From: an uncultured Spirochaetota bacterium
GTDB taxonomy: Bacteria; Spirochaetota; Spirochaetia; SZUA-6; Fen-1364
Direction of reading: 5' to 3'
NCBI GenBank assembly: GCA_963745235.1
Contig: CAVUXE010000035.1
Coordinates: 160,001 to 224,000, forward strand
DNA: 64,000 nucleotides
Position numbers and translations under genes: made by a program. Each line of letters starts with the position of its first letter. The first letter of the stretch is position 1. Under the pieces are notes generated by a model that saw only the letters and a program-made list of their open reading frames with translations, searched no databases and was not told the origin of the DNA. Positions 48,255 through 57,579 of the stretch are shown here, one piece after another.

Positions 48255-49259
48255 CTATCCTTTTTGCGATTGGACCAGGGTCACCACGGAGGTGTTGACC
48301 ACGTCGTCCACGGAGCACCCCCGCGAGAGATCGCTCACCGGCTTTGCGAACCCCTGGAGGAAGGGCCCATAGGCCTCCGCGCCGGCAAACCGCTGGACCA
48401 GCTTGTAGCCGATGTTGCCGCTCTGCAGGTCAGGGAAGATCAGCGTGTTGGCCTTGCCGGCAACGGGCGACCCGGGAGCCTTCTTTGCCGCCACCGAGGG
48501 CACCAGGGCCGCGTCTGCCTGCATCTCTCCGTCGACCATCAGGCGGGGATCCTTCTGGCGGACCAAGGCCAGGGCGGATGTCACCTTGTCCACGAGGGCG
48601 TGAGTTGCGCTCCCTTTGGTCGAGAATGAAAGCAGGGCCACCATGGGCTCCGCCTTGAGAAAGGTCCGGCAGGACAGCGCGGAGGACAGGGCGATGTCTG
48701 CAAGCTGCTCCGGCGTGGGGTCAGGCACAACGGCGCAGTCGGCAAAGATCATGTGGCCGTCGATTCCCCACTTCGAGCCGGGCAGGTACATCACGAAACA
48801 GGAGGAGGCGGTCTTGATCCCGGGGCTCGTCTTGACGATGGTGAGGGCCGCGCGGAGGACTTTTGCCGTCTCGCTGTCCGCGCCGGACACCATGGCGTCC
48901 GCTCTTCCCTTGCGCATCATCATGGCCCCCCAGTGTTGGGTGTCGCCCATGAAAACTCTCTCAGCCTCGTCCCGGCTGATCCCCTTGGCCTTGCGCAGCT
49001 CGAAATATTCGTCGACATACCCTGACCGCAGGGACGATGTAGCGGGCTCTTCCACGATCAACCCGGACAGGCTCACGCCCTGCTTCCGGGCCTCTGCTTC
49101 GATCTCCTTCACGGTCCCCAGAAGCGTGACTTCCTTTGCGAAGCCCCCGTCCATGATGAGCCGGGCCGCCTTCAGGGTGCGCGGCTCATAGCCCTCGGGC
49201 AGCACGAGCCTGCGCGGGTCGGATTTCGCCTTCGCGCGCATTTCTTCAATGAAGTTCAT
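48255..49259 (-). CDS. pta: Phosphate acetyltransferase
   Basis: [49 protein letters not shown]. Confidence 0.95.
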   Translation of the reverse strand: MNFIEEMRAKAKSDPRRLVLPEGYEPRTLKAARLIMDGGFAKEVTLLGTVKEIEAEARKQGVSLSGLIVEEPATSSLRSGYVDEYFELRKAKGISRDEAERVFMGDTQHWGAMMMRKGRADAMVSGADSETAKVLRAALTIVKTSPGIKTASSCFVMYLPGSKWGIDGHMIFADCAVVPDPTPEQLADIALSSALSCRTFLKAEPMVALLSFSTKGSATHALVDKVTSALALVRQKDPRLMVDGEMQADAALVPSVAAKKAPGSPVAGKANTLIFPDLQSGNIGYKLVQRFAGAEAYGPFLQGFAKPVSDLSRGCSVDDVVNTSVVTLVQSQKG

Positions 49260-49329
49260 GGTGGGCTCCTTTATTTTCCGTGTGCCCGACAGTATAACTT
49301 TTTCCCGGAAAACTGCAATAATCGCGTGC

Positions 49330-50064
49330 ATGACCATCGGCGTGTATGGCTTGGGAAGGTTCGGGTATTTCTGGGCAGAGCAGCTGGCGGGCCACGCGTC
49401 CGTGTGCGCGTACTCGCGAGACCCCGCGCGCCTTGTCCCCAGGGGAGTCAGAAGAGTGGGGGAGGACGAGCTCCTCTCTCTCCCCGTGATATCCCTTTGC
49501 GTCGCCATATCTTCCCTGGAAGAGGTCCTGGAAAGGGCTCGGTTGCGCCTTTCACCCGGCGCCCTCGTCATGGACACCTGTTCCGTGAAGAGCTACCCCG
49601 TTGCGTTGATGCAGCGGCTGCTTCCTGACTCGGTATCGGTCCTGGGGACCCACCCGATGTTCGGACCGGATTCGGCAAGGAACGGGATGAACGGCCTTCC
49701 GCTCATCCTGTGTCCCGCGCGCCTGGCCATTTCGGAGACAGAGCGGTGGCGGGCGTTCTTCACGTCCATGGGGCTGGCAGTGTCGGTCATGTCTCCGGAC
49801 GAGCATGACCGGGAGGCTGCGTTCACGCAGGGAGTAGCGCATTACATCGGGCGCGTGCTCTCGGACTTCGGGATCCGCCGCTCTTCCATCGGGACCGTGG
49901 GATTCAACAAGCTCCTGGAGATAGTAGAGCAGACCTGCAACGATCCCTGGCAGCTTTTCCTGGACTTGCAGCGATACAACCCCTACACGAAGGAAATGCG
50001 CTCCCGGCTCTCGAAATCCCTGGCTTCCGTGATGGGGGCAATCGGCGATTCGCAATTGCCTTGA
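49330..50064 (+). CDS. tyrA: Prephenate/arogenate dehydrogenase
   Basis: [31 protein letters not shown]. Confidence 0.85.
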   Translation: MTIGVYGLGRFGYFWAEQLAGHASVCAYSRDPARLVPRGVRRVGEDELLSLPVISLCVAISSLEEVLERARLRLSPGALVMDTCSVKSYPVALMQRLLPDSVSVLGTHPMFGPDSARNGMNGLPLILCPARLAISETERWRAFFTSMGLAVSVMSPDEHDREAAFTQGVAHYIGRVLSDFGIRRSSIGTVGFNKLLEIVEQTCNDPWQLFLDLQRYNPYTKEMRSRLSKSLASVMGAIGDSQLP

Positions 50065-50112
50065 CATGTCAGGAGGCGGCAGATAGGCTAGGAGACATGA
50101 ACGGAGACTTGC

Positions 50113-50826
50113 ATGGCTGAGGTCAGGATCAAGGACATTGACGAGCACGAGATAGACACGATCCTCGCGGAGGACATCGATTTCGAGGGGCACCTGACAT
50201 TCAAGAAGCCGCTGATGATAAAGGGAAAGTTCAAGGGGGAAATCAAGTCCACAAGCGCGCTGTACATCGGGGAGAAGGCGTACGTGGAGGCCACAACGGA
50301 GGCAGACGTTGTCTCCGCGAAGGGTAGGCACAAGGGCGACATCCGGGGCCACTCGCGCGTGGAGCTCTTTTCAACGTCGCAGGTGGATGGTGACATCACA
50401 ACTCCGGATTTTGTAGTTGAGAGCGGCTGCAAATTCAATGGAAACTGCAACATGAGCGGTGAGCCCGCCAGGAAAAACGGCGCAGCTGCGCCGGGCACTG
50501 AAGCGCCACGAGCAAACACTGAAGCGCCGAAGGGAAGTGCAGAGCCGCCAAGGGGAAACGCAGAGCCGCCAAGGGGAAGCGCAGAGCCGCCAAGGGGAAG
50601 CGCAGAGCCGCCAAGGGGAAGCGCAGAGCCGCCAAGGGCAGGCAACTCAGCCGCGCCCGGCGCCCAGCCAAGAACCGGCACGGACCCGTCACGCAGCGCT
50701 CCGGAGGCACCCCGAAACCCGGAGGTCCACCGAACGCCCGGAGGGCCGCAGCCTCAGCAACAGAAGCCGCCGTTTCCCCCGGGCGTTTCCGGCGGCCAGG
50801 GCGGCGCGGGGGGCGGACAGAAATGA
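50113..50826 (+). CDS. Bactofilin (polymer-forming cytoskeletal protein) with a Pro-rich repetitive tail
   Basis: DTILAEDIDFEG.L.F...L.IKG...G.I beta-helix repeats ending FNGNCNM; promoter TTGACA(50061)-17 bp-TAGGCT. Confidence 0.88.
   Translation: MAEVRIKDIDEHEIDTILAEDIDFEGHLTFKKPLMIKGKFKGEIKSTSALYIGEKAYVEATTEADVVSAKGRHKGDIRGHSRVELFSTSQVDGDITTPDFVVESGCKFNGNCNMSGEPARKNGAAAPGTEAPRANTEAPKGSAEPPRGNAEPPRGSAEPPRGSAEPPRGSAEPPRAGNSAAPGAQPRTGTDPSRSAPEAPRNPEVHRTPGGPQPQQQKPPFPPGVSGGQGGAGGGQK
50497..50638 (+). repeat. In-frame 21-bp tandem repeat (~7 units, AEPPRGS)
   Basis: GCAGAGCCGCCAAGGGGAAGC at 50539, 50560, 50581, 50602 and 50623 (partial), plus two degenerate upstream copies. Confidence 0.92.
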
Positions 50827-51459
50827 AGTGCCGCGGCATCGTTGTCTTTCTGCTTGCCCGGCCTGCTGTTTTCCGGTGCATCGGCCTTTGCCCAGGACAA
50901 GCCTGATGCGCTGGAGCTCTACAGGGCCAACCGGTACGAGGACGCCATCAAGGTCTGTCAGCAGGAGCTCGCCGAGTCGCCGAAAAGCATAGACTCCCAT
51001 GTCGTCATGGGGTGGTCGTACCTGCGCTTGAAGAGATACCAAGACGCCCTGGACATCGGCCAGAAGGCCCTCGACATCAATCCGAACGACCCGAGGGTCA
51101 TCGAGATCGTGGGGGAGGCGCAGGCGTTTCTTGGCAAGACAACGGACGCCCTCAAGAACCTGGAAGAGTATGTCGCGCTGCGGCCGGACGGTGACCGCAT
51201 TGCCAGAGTCTACTGGCTGATGGGGGAAGTCTACGTCAGCCTCAAGGAGTACCAGAACGCGGACATCGCAATCTCCACGGCGCTGTACTACGAGCAGAAC
51301 AACAGCCAGTGGTGGTCCCGCCTGGGCTGGGACCGCGAGCTGGCAGGGGACTGGAAGTGGGCATCTGATGCCTACGGACATGCCCTGAAGCTTGATCCAA
51401 ACCTCGTGGATGCCCAGAGGGGCAAGGACAGGGTCGACAAGAAGCTCAATGGCGGATGA
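50823..51459 (+). CDS. Exported tetratricopeptide-repeat protein (frameshift at ~50858 within the signal peptide)
   Basis: ATGA overlap with bactofilin; MKCRGIVVFLLA + GLLFSGASAFA after removing one C; TPR helices (ALDINPND, ALKLDPN). Confidence 0.8.
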
Positions 51460-52808
51460 GGATCGGCTTTTGCACCCTCGGGTGCAAGCTCAACCAATAC
51501 GAGACAGAGGCTCTTGCATCGTCCTTCCGCGGACAGGGACATGTCGTCGTATCAGCGGACGATGATGCCGAGGCGTATGTAGTCAACACGTGCACGGTGA
51601 CCGGGCGCGCGGATCACAAGTCCCGCGCGGCGGTGCGCAGTCTCTCACGAAGACATCCGCAATCGCTCCTCATTGTAACAGGCTGCTCTGCCCAACTGGA
51701 AGCGGAAGTCCTTTCCTCGCTGGCTGGGAACATCCTTGTCGTCCCGCAGTCGGCAAAGGGAGAGCTCCTGTCCCTGGCGGAACGCGTCGGGCGGGCGGAG
51801 GACATTCAGGCCGGTCTCTCCCGGCTTCGCGAGGGTTCCAGCCCTGCGCCGCAGGACCCCTTCGCTTTCCGCGTCAGCCGGCTCAGCTTCCATACCCGGG
51901 CCTACCTCAAGGTGCAGGACGGCTGCGACTCCTGGTGTGCGTATTGCCGCGTGCCGCAGGCGCGGGGGCCTTCACGGAGCCTGGACGTCGAAGAGGTGAT
52001 GCGCCGCGCTGCCGAGCTTGAATCCCAGGGGCATCGGGAAGTCGTGATTACGGGAGTCAACATCTCTTCCTACCGCTGCAGGGACGTCCTTCTCCCTCGG
52101 CTCATCCGGGAGCTCCTTGACTCGACGCACCGCTTACGGTTCCGCCTGTCCTCGCTGGAACCTGAGTCCCTCACGGATGAGCTCGCTCGAAGCCTGTCGA
52201 ATGCCAGGGTCTGCGCTCATTTCCATGTGCCTGTGCAGTCCGGATCGGACCGGGTCCTGGCGCGAATGAAGCGCCGCTACCAGGCGGCCCGTGTGCTGGA
52301 CGGTGTGCGGCTGCTTCGCGAGGCGCGAGGCAACCCGTTCATAGCAGCTGACTTCATCACGGGATTCCCTGGCGAGAGCGCGGAAGATCACCTCGAAAGC
52401 GTCCGGCTGATCGAGACTGTCGGGCTGGCGGCGCTGCACGTCTTTCCATTCTCCTCCCGTCCCGGCACGGCGGCGGCCGGGATCCGTCCCCCGGTGCCCC
52501 AGCGCCTCCGCGATGAGCGCGCCCGAGAGCTTGCCGGCATTTCTCGAAACCTTCTGGACAGCTACTCGCGGACATGGATGGGAAGGGAAGTGGAAGTGCT
52601 TGTTGAGGAGTGCGACGGGGAGGCGCCAGCGGGAGAAGGACAGGCCCAAGCCGCACAGGCCCGCTGCCCCGCCCGAGGGGTCTCAGGGAACTACCTCAAG
52701 GTCATGATTGATGACGCGCCGAGGGAGAACCTCAAGGGAAGCATCGTCCGCGCCCGGCTCACCGCTCCCGGGGAAGTCTGCAAAGCCTCGTTTGTCTCTC
52801 CGGCCTGA
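51456..52808 (+). CDS. mtaB: tRNA t6A37 methylthiotransferase (radical SAM)
   Basis: TLGCKLNQYE, NTCTVT, LKVQDGCDSWCAYC, HVFPFSSRPGT. Confidence 0.9.
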   Translation: MRIGFCTLGCKLNQYETEALASSFRGQGHVVVSADDDAEAYVVNTCTVTGRADHKSRAAVRSLSRRHPQSLLIVTGCSAQLEAEVLSSLAGNILVVPQSAKGELLSLAERVGRAEDIQAGLSRLREGSSPAPQDPFAFRVSRLSFHTRAYLKVQDGCDSWCAYCRVPQARGPSRSLDVEEVMRRAAELESQGHREVVITGVNISSYRCRDVLLPRLIRELLDSTHRLRFRLSSLEPESLTDELARSLSNARVCAHFHVPVQSGSDRVLARMKRRYQAARVLDGVRLLREARGNPFIAADFITGFPGESAEDHLESVRLIETVGLAALHVFPFSSRPGTAAAGIRPPVPQRLRDERARELAGISRNLLDSYSRTWMGREVEVLVEECDGEAPAGEGQAQAAQARCPARGVSGNYLKVMIDDAPRENLKGSIVRARLTAPGEVCKASFVSPA

Positions 52809-52913
52809 TCCGGCCTGACCTTTTTTGGCAAATGATCCTGCCCTGAGCTATAATCAAATACGAACAATCATCAAGTGCGTCGGTGTTGTATTGAATGGGA
52901 CGGAGGTCATTGG

Positions 52914-53714
52914 ATGGGGTTCCGCGCGGTGAAAGCATGCACACTCGCTTCCTTTCTGCTCCTGGCGGGTTGCTCCGCGTTTTTCGGGGTCAATCTGCTG
53001 AAGGGCCTGGACAAGGTGCCTGCGCCCAATCCCGCCCAGTACGACTACTTCCAGAACGGCACCGCCGGCCTGATGAAGCTGGATGCGGATCTTTCCTCCC
53101 CGGCGGTCGTCAGCGCCCTGAAGGCTGACCCCGGCGCCACGAGCACCATTGAGAGCGACCTTCAGGCAACGTACACAAATCCCGCGGTGCCGCTTGCTGA
53201 CCAGCAGCTTGCTGCCGCCCTCTACAGCGATGTCAATCTCAAGACGACGTCGGGAGACACGTTCGTCAACAATGTGGTCAACGTTGTCGTCTCGGGAACC
53301 GGCAGCGGCCAGACAATCCAGCAACTCCTTCAGGGAATCGTCCCGCTTGATGTCGCATCTGATCCCGTGGCGTTTGCGGCCATGGTGAACGGCCTCCTCA
53401 ACGCGGCCTCTGCGTATCAGACCCTGGGGGCCACTCTTGTTCCCGCACCCGCCCCTGTGCCGCCGGGAGTGAACATGGGGGATGCGGCCCAGAAGGCCGC
53501 GGTCGCTTACATGATGCAATCCATGGTCTACGAGGTCGGCGGAGGGACCGCCAATGCAACACAACAGATGTACCTCCTGTTGAACAATCAGCCGAACTCG
53601 GTTCCCACCAGCACAATTGATCCGTTCTCGACGCCCATAGCGCCGTACAACGCGACCAACCTTCAGAACATCAAGAACATCTTTTCCTCTGCCGGCGCGA
53701 CAATGCCATCCTGA
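52914..53714 (+). CDS. Hypothetical lipoprotein
   Basis: RBS GGAGG; lipobox LLLAGC; codon usage consistent with the genome. Confidence 0.75.
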   Translation: MGFRAVKACTLASFLLLAGCSAFFGVNLLKGLDKVPAPNPAQYDYFQNGTAGLMKLDADLSSPAVVSALKADPGATSTIESDLQATYTNPAVPLADQQLAAALYSDVNLKTTSGDTFVNNVVNVVVSGTGSGQTIQQLLQGIVPLDVASDPVAFAAMVNGLLNAASAYQTLGATLVPAPAPVPPGVNMGDAAQKAAVAYMMQSMVYEVGGGTANATQQMYLLLNNQPNSVPTSTIDPFSTPIAPYNATNLQNIKNIFSSAGATMPS

Positions 53715-53743
53715 AAGCAAGGGAGCCCACCACGACGTACCGA

Positions 53744-54925
53744 ATGAGGAGCGCAGCGCTTTCCGGGATCATGATCATTCTGTTTGGCTCCGTATCTGCG
53801 TTTGCGGTCCAGATCAACGAGGAGCCCTTTGTTCCTCAGTCCCCTGTGGCGCTGGCCCAGGGAGGCTCCGCCATAGCGAACACCCAGGGATTCAACTCCT
53901 TCTTCTACAACCCTGCAGGTTTCTCACGGGGGAGCGGGGGCTTCACCGTCCTGTCCAGCGACTCGTGGATCTATTCCCGGCCGGACCTCCTCATTTCGCA
54001 GATAGCCCAGAACCTGGCGGGCGCGCAGACACCGACGTCCCTCATCAACTTCATCAATTCGCAGGTCACAACGGGGGGTATCGGAGCAGGCTCCTCCCTG
54101 GGCGTTGGGTACGTGGGGGACGGCTTCGGGTTGGGGGCGGTGTTCATCCTTGACTCTTCGCTCTTCGGGCCGACCCTTCTGGGAGTCACGGGAGACCTCT
54201 CGGCAACCCTCGGGTTCATTGGGGGGCTCTCGATACCGTTCGACCTCGGCGGAGGCATGAAGGTCCACGTCGGAGCGGACATACGCCCCATGATCCGGAT
54301 CCACACCCCCATCGCCAACTCGAACGCACTTTCCATTCTCACCGCGCTGACCTCCGGGGGGGACGTGGGGGCCGCGCTCAGCTCCGCGGCAACCGTCTAC
54401 GGATCAGCCATCGGGCTGGACCTGGGAGCAATCGCTGAGCTGGGCTGGTTCTCAGTCGGGCTGTCCATCAGGGACCTCGGGGGGACGCAGTTCAACTACT
54501 CTTCGAACAGCTTCGGATCCGTCACGGGCAACCTCGCGTCCTTCGGCGGATTCCCGCCGGGAAGCTCCCCGGCCAATACCTACGTCATTCCGATGGATGT
54601 GGGAGTGGGGCTCAGCTTCCACCCTGACCTGGGGCGGACGAACTACTTCTTCGACCCCAGCATCAGCTTCGACATGAGAAACATCATCGGGGCAATCGAC
54701 GGGACCGCTGATTTCTGGACTCTTCTCCACGCGGGCACCGAGATTCGTCTCATGAACGTTTTCACCCTCCGTGGGGGGGTCAACCAGGGATACCTCACCA
54801 TCGGCGGGGGAGTGAAGCTGCTCATCTTCGACTGGAACATGGCAATCTTCACACAGGAGCTCGGCGCTCACCTGGGCGACAGGCCGGAGTCCGGAATGAC
54901 ATTCAGCCTGGACCTGCGGATCTGA
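53744..54925 (+). CDS. Putative outer-membrane beta-barrel (FadL/PorV/TraF-like N-terminus)
   Basis: Signal peptide; ALAQGGS.IA...FFYNPAG; alternating amphipathic strands, LRGGVNQGY, C-terminal FSLDLRI. Confidence 0.7.
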   Translation: MRSAALSGIMIILFGSVSAFAVQINEEPFVPQSPVALAQGGSAIANTQGFNSFFYNPAGFSRGSGGFTVLSSDSWIYSRPDLLISQIAQNLAGAQTPTSLINFINSQVTTGGIGAGSSLGVGYVGDGFGLGAVFILDSSLFGPTLLGVTGDLSATLGFIGGLSIPFDLGGGMKVHVGADIRPMIRIHTPIANSNALSILTALTSGGDVGAALSSAATVYGSAIGLDLGAIAELGWFSVGLSIRDLGGTQFNYSSNSFGSVTGNLASFGGFPPGSSPANTYVIPMDVGVGLSFHPDLGRTNYFFDPSISFDMRNIIGAIDGTADFWTLLHAGTEIRLMNVFTLRGGVNQGYLTIGGGVKLLIFDWNMAIFTQELGAHLGDRPESGMTFSLDLRI

Positions 54926-54973
54926 AGCAAGTCGAGCGGGAAGCGCGCACGGAGTCCGCGCTCGGAGAACGAA

Positions 54974-55002
54974 TTGACAAAGAAAAACCATCCGCGTACA
55001 TT
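54974..55002 (+). promoter_or_regulatory. sigma70 promoter of tRNA-Lys
   Basis: TTGACA-17 bp-TACATT followed by a GC-rich stretch. Confidence 0.75.
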
Positions 55003-55015
55003 ACAACCGCCCCAC

Positions 55016-55088
55016 GGGCCGCTAGCTCAGCTGGTAGAGCAACAGCCTTTTAAGCTGTGGGTCGCCAGTTCGACTCTGGCGCGGCTCA
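55016..55088 (+). tRNA. tRNA-Lys (anticodon TTT)
   Basis: Acceptor GGGCCGC/GCGGCTC, D-arm GCTCAGCTGGTAGAGC, anticodon arm ACAGC-CTTTTAA-GCTGT, T-loop GTTCGACTC. Confidence 0.96.
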
Positions 55089-55299
55089 CTTGTATTTAAT
55101 GTGCTTATATAGAATCGGAGTGCTGTTTACACAAGGGCGATGTCTGGTAGGTTCGTTTCTGGTCAGAAGCCGACCAGAGGTACGTGAAGACCGAGTCCTT
55201 GGATACATCGGATCATAGACTCGCGGTGAGAGAGCTCTGGCGAGACGGATCGCTTCATGCAAGGCACAAAGCTCTTCCTGGAAGACCGCTCGGCCCTGC

Positions 55300-57432
55300 T
55301 TAACGTTCCAACGTTGCTGACCGGCGCGGGGCCTTCAACCTTGCGCTGATTGTGGCAGCGATTTGTGAAGCGCCAAGTCCGAACCGATCCAAAAGCTGCT
55401 GGTAGGTGGCCGAATGTATGAACAGGGGAGTCCTATCCTCGCTCAGCGTATTGGTGGGGACTATCTGCCGGGTGTCTATGCTGTCCCGGCAGGTCATCAG
55501 CAAGCGGCAAAGAGCCGACCAAAGGATGCCGTTGTTCTGCTCCGCTACGACGAGCAGTCTGCCCGACGAGTAAAGCGTCATCAGCTTTTCACGATCTACA
55601 GACGGCATGTCGATCACCCCAACGCAGATCCCTTCGTCTTCGAGAATCTGTGATGCTGCCATGGCCTCATATACTCCACGTCCGCTGGAAATGATAACGG
55701 CCTGGTCTTTTGCGTTCTCCTTCAGGGCATAAGCTTTTCCGTATTCGAAATGAAAATCGTTTGGATATAAAACACAAGACGGCGAGCGCGGAATGCGCAC
55801 GTAATTCAGGCCTCTATTGCCTTCCATGACCCATCTCATCAATCCGAGCAGCATGTTAGGGCAGCTTACGTCGATGACCTTGAGATGAGCGAGCTCCCCG
55901 AAAACCAGGGCATCATCGTTGCCCATATGGGTGGCTCCATTCGTCTTGGTTTCGAAGTTTGGCGCTGTTGCCAGGAAAGTCAAGTCGATGCCGTGGCCCA
56001 TGCTGAGCCACCCCTCGTTTTTGGCGATCGTTTCCTGCCGCTCCTGATAGCCGATGGCAATCCTTCTCATCACTTTCCAATCGAAGAAAGGGCAGAAAGT
56101 GCTGACCCAAACATTGCAGCCTAAAGCTGCGAACGCTTCGCCTATGCTCATCATGTTGGCTTCCGCAATCCCGACGTTGAGCGCCCTCTCCGTGTCGACC
56201 CAGCCGACGCCGGCCTCCAGACCACTGGTAGATGAAAGGTCTGCGTCTATTGAAACCACTCGCGGGTCTCGGGCAAAAGCCTTCATCGCCTGAGTCACGA
56301 TGGTGCTCGCGCTGTATTCCTTCTTGGCATCCAGCACAGGGAGAAGCGAGGGGTCGTACGCGATCCTTTTGTCCCGAGGCGCAGCCTTTCGCGTTCGGAC
56401 CTGGGCAGTGCCAGCCCGAACTACCGGATGCCCATCATGGGTTGCAGAAAGGTCCAGGTTCATTCGTTTTGCCAAGGCCGATATCTCGAGCCGGAGCTCC
56501 TCAGATTCTGGCACTTCGCCTAAGGAAGACCAGAAGCGGACGAACCGAGCCATTCGGTCTTCTCGTCGCAGCTTCTGCGCGGCAAGCTCTTGTTCGGCCA
56601 GTGCATCGGACACTTCCACCTTATGACCGACGAAGAAGCTTGAGAAACTTCCGTACCCCTTGCTGGTCCGGCTGATGATCGCGGTAGGACGGCCGTCACG
56701 CGGTCCGAACTTGAACTTCCGGAGTGCCTCAACTATGGGTGAATACTGGTTCCCGTCCACATCAATGACTCGCCATCCGAAAGAGCCCAACCACCGATCG
56801 ATGTTCCGCATAGGGATGATCAGTTGTCGTGGATTATCCAGCTGCCCTTCGTTGTTGTCGACCAGCACGCAAAGGTTGTCCAGGCGCTTGTGCGCCGAGA
56901 ACATTACTGCCTCCCACGTCAGGCCTTCCTGCAGCTCGCCGTCCCCGACCATGCAATAGACATCAAAGCATGTGCCGCGACGGCCCGCCAGGCTGAAGCC
57001 TTCCGCAACGGAGAGACCCTGGCCGAGAGGGCCTGTCGACACATGAACACCGGGAAGAAGGGGTCCGGGGTGGCCCTTGAGGATGCTTTCGGAAGATCGA
57101 GAGTTTTTCAGCACGGATCGATCGAAGTACCCTAGATCAGCGTAGACGCTGGCCATCGAGGCTACGGCATGACCCTTGCTAAGGACAAATAGATCCTGGT
57201 CGGGGCGGGTGGGGTTGCAGATGTCAACGTCTATGAACCCGCCGTAATACAAGGCTACAAGGGGAACCACTGCCGAAAAGGCTCCCCCCGCGTGAATCCC
57301 CTTGTCCACCGCATCACGCGCCTGTTCCACCATCATGACTCTGATATCGGAATCCTTGATTTCAAGGAGGCGGATGAGAGCTGTTCGGATAACTTCCTGC
57401 CGACTGACGCCGGCACTCATGACAGTGCTCAT
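55300..57432 (-). CDS. Transketolase-family protein (single chain)
   Basis: FVLSKGHA, LKGHP, STGPLGQGLS, GDGELQEG...DNN ThDP motif, VGIAEANM. Confidence 0.88.
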   Translation of the reverse strand: MSTVMSAGVSRQEVIRTALIRLLEIKDSDIRVMMVEQARDAVDKGIHAGGAFSAVVPLVALYYGGFIDVDICNPTRPDQDLFVLSKGHAVASMASVYADLGYFDRSVLKNSRSSESILKGHPGPLLPGVHVSTGPLGQGLSVAEGFSLAGRRGTCFDVYCMVGDGELQEGLTWEAVMFSAHKRLDNLCVLVDNNEGQLDNPRQLIIPMRNIDRWLGSFGWRVIDVDGNQYSPIVEALRKFKFGPRDGRPTAIISRTSKGYGSFSSFFVGHKVEVSDALAEQELAAQKLRREDRMARFVRFWSSLGEVPESEELRLEISALAKRMNLDLSATHDGHPVVRAGTAQVRTRKAAPRDKRIAYDPSLLPVLDAKKEYSASTIVTQAMKAFARDPRVVSIDADLSSTSGLEAGVGWVDTERALNVGIAEANMMSIGEAFAALGCNVWVSTFCPFFDWKVMRRIAIGYQERQETIAKNEGWLSMGHGIDLTFLATAPNFETKTNGATHMGNDDALVFGELAHLKVIDVSCPNMLLGLMRWVMEGNRGLNYVRIPRSPSCVLYPNDFHFEYGKAYALKENAKDQAVIISSGRGVYEAMAASQILEDEGICVGVIDMPSVDREKLMTLYSSGRLLVVAEQNNGILWSALCRLLMTCRDSIDTRQIVPTNTLSEDRTPLFIHSATYQQLLDRFGLGASQIAATISARLKAPRRSATLER

Positions 57433-57579
57433 GCCTGTTTCCTCCAGAGCTCCCATGGATCAGAATCTTGAGTCAGTGGCAACGACATGAGAGACATGCC
57501 GAATTGACCGCTTCAAATGGCTTCGACCCATCCTCTTCATCTATGAGGGGTGTCGTCGCTGAATATTGCTCATCTCCCT

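Noticed and set aside
50497-50638. 21-bp repeats as a CRISPR array
   Set aside because: Head-to-tail with no spacers, in frame inside a CDS, and no cas genes
2440-50860. Many frameshifts (HNH, PIN toxin, NtrC, HDOD, MCP x3, HEAT x4, TPR) as programmed frameshifting or phase variation
   Set aside because: Mostly single-base indels in 2-5-nt homopolymers, scattered over unrelated and otherwise undecayed genes, with no slippery heptamers or long tracts; long-read assembly error is the simpler explanation (check with read pileups)
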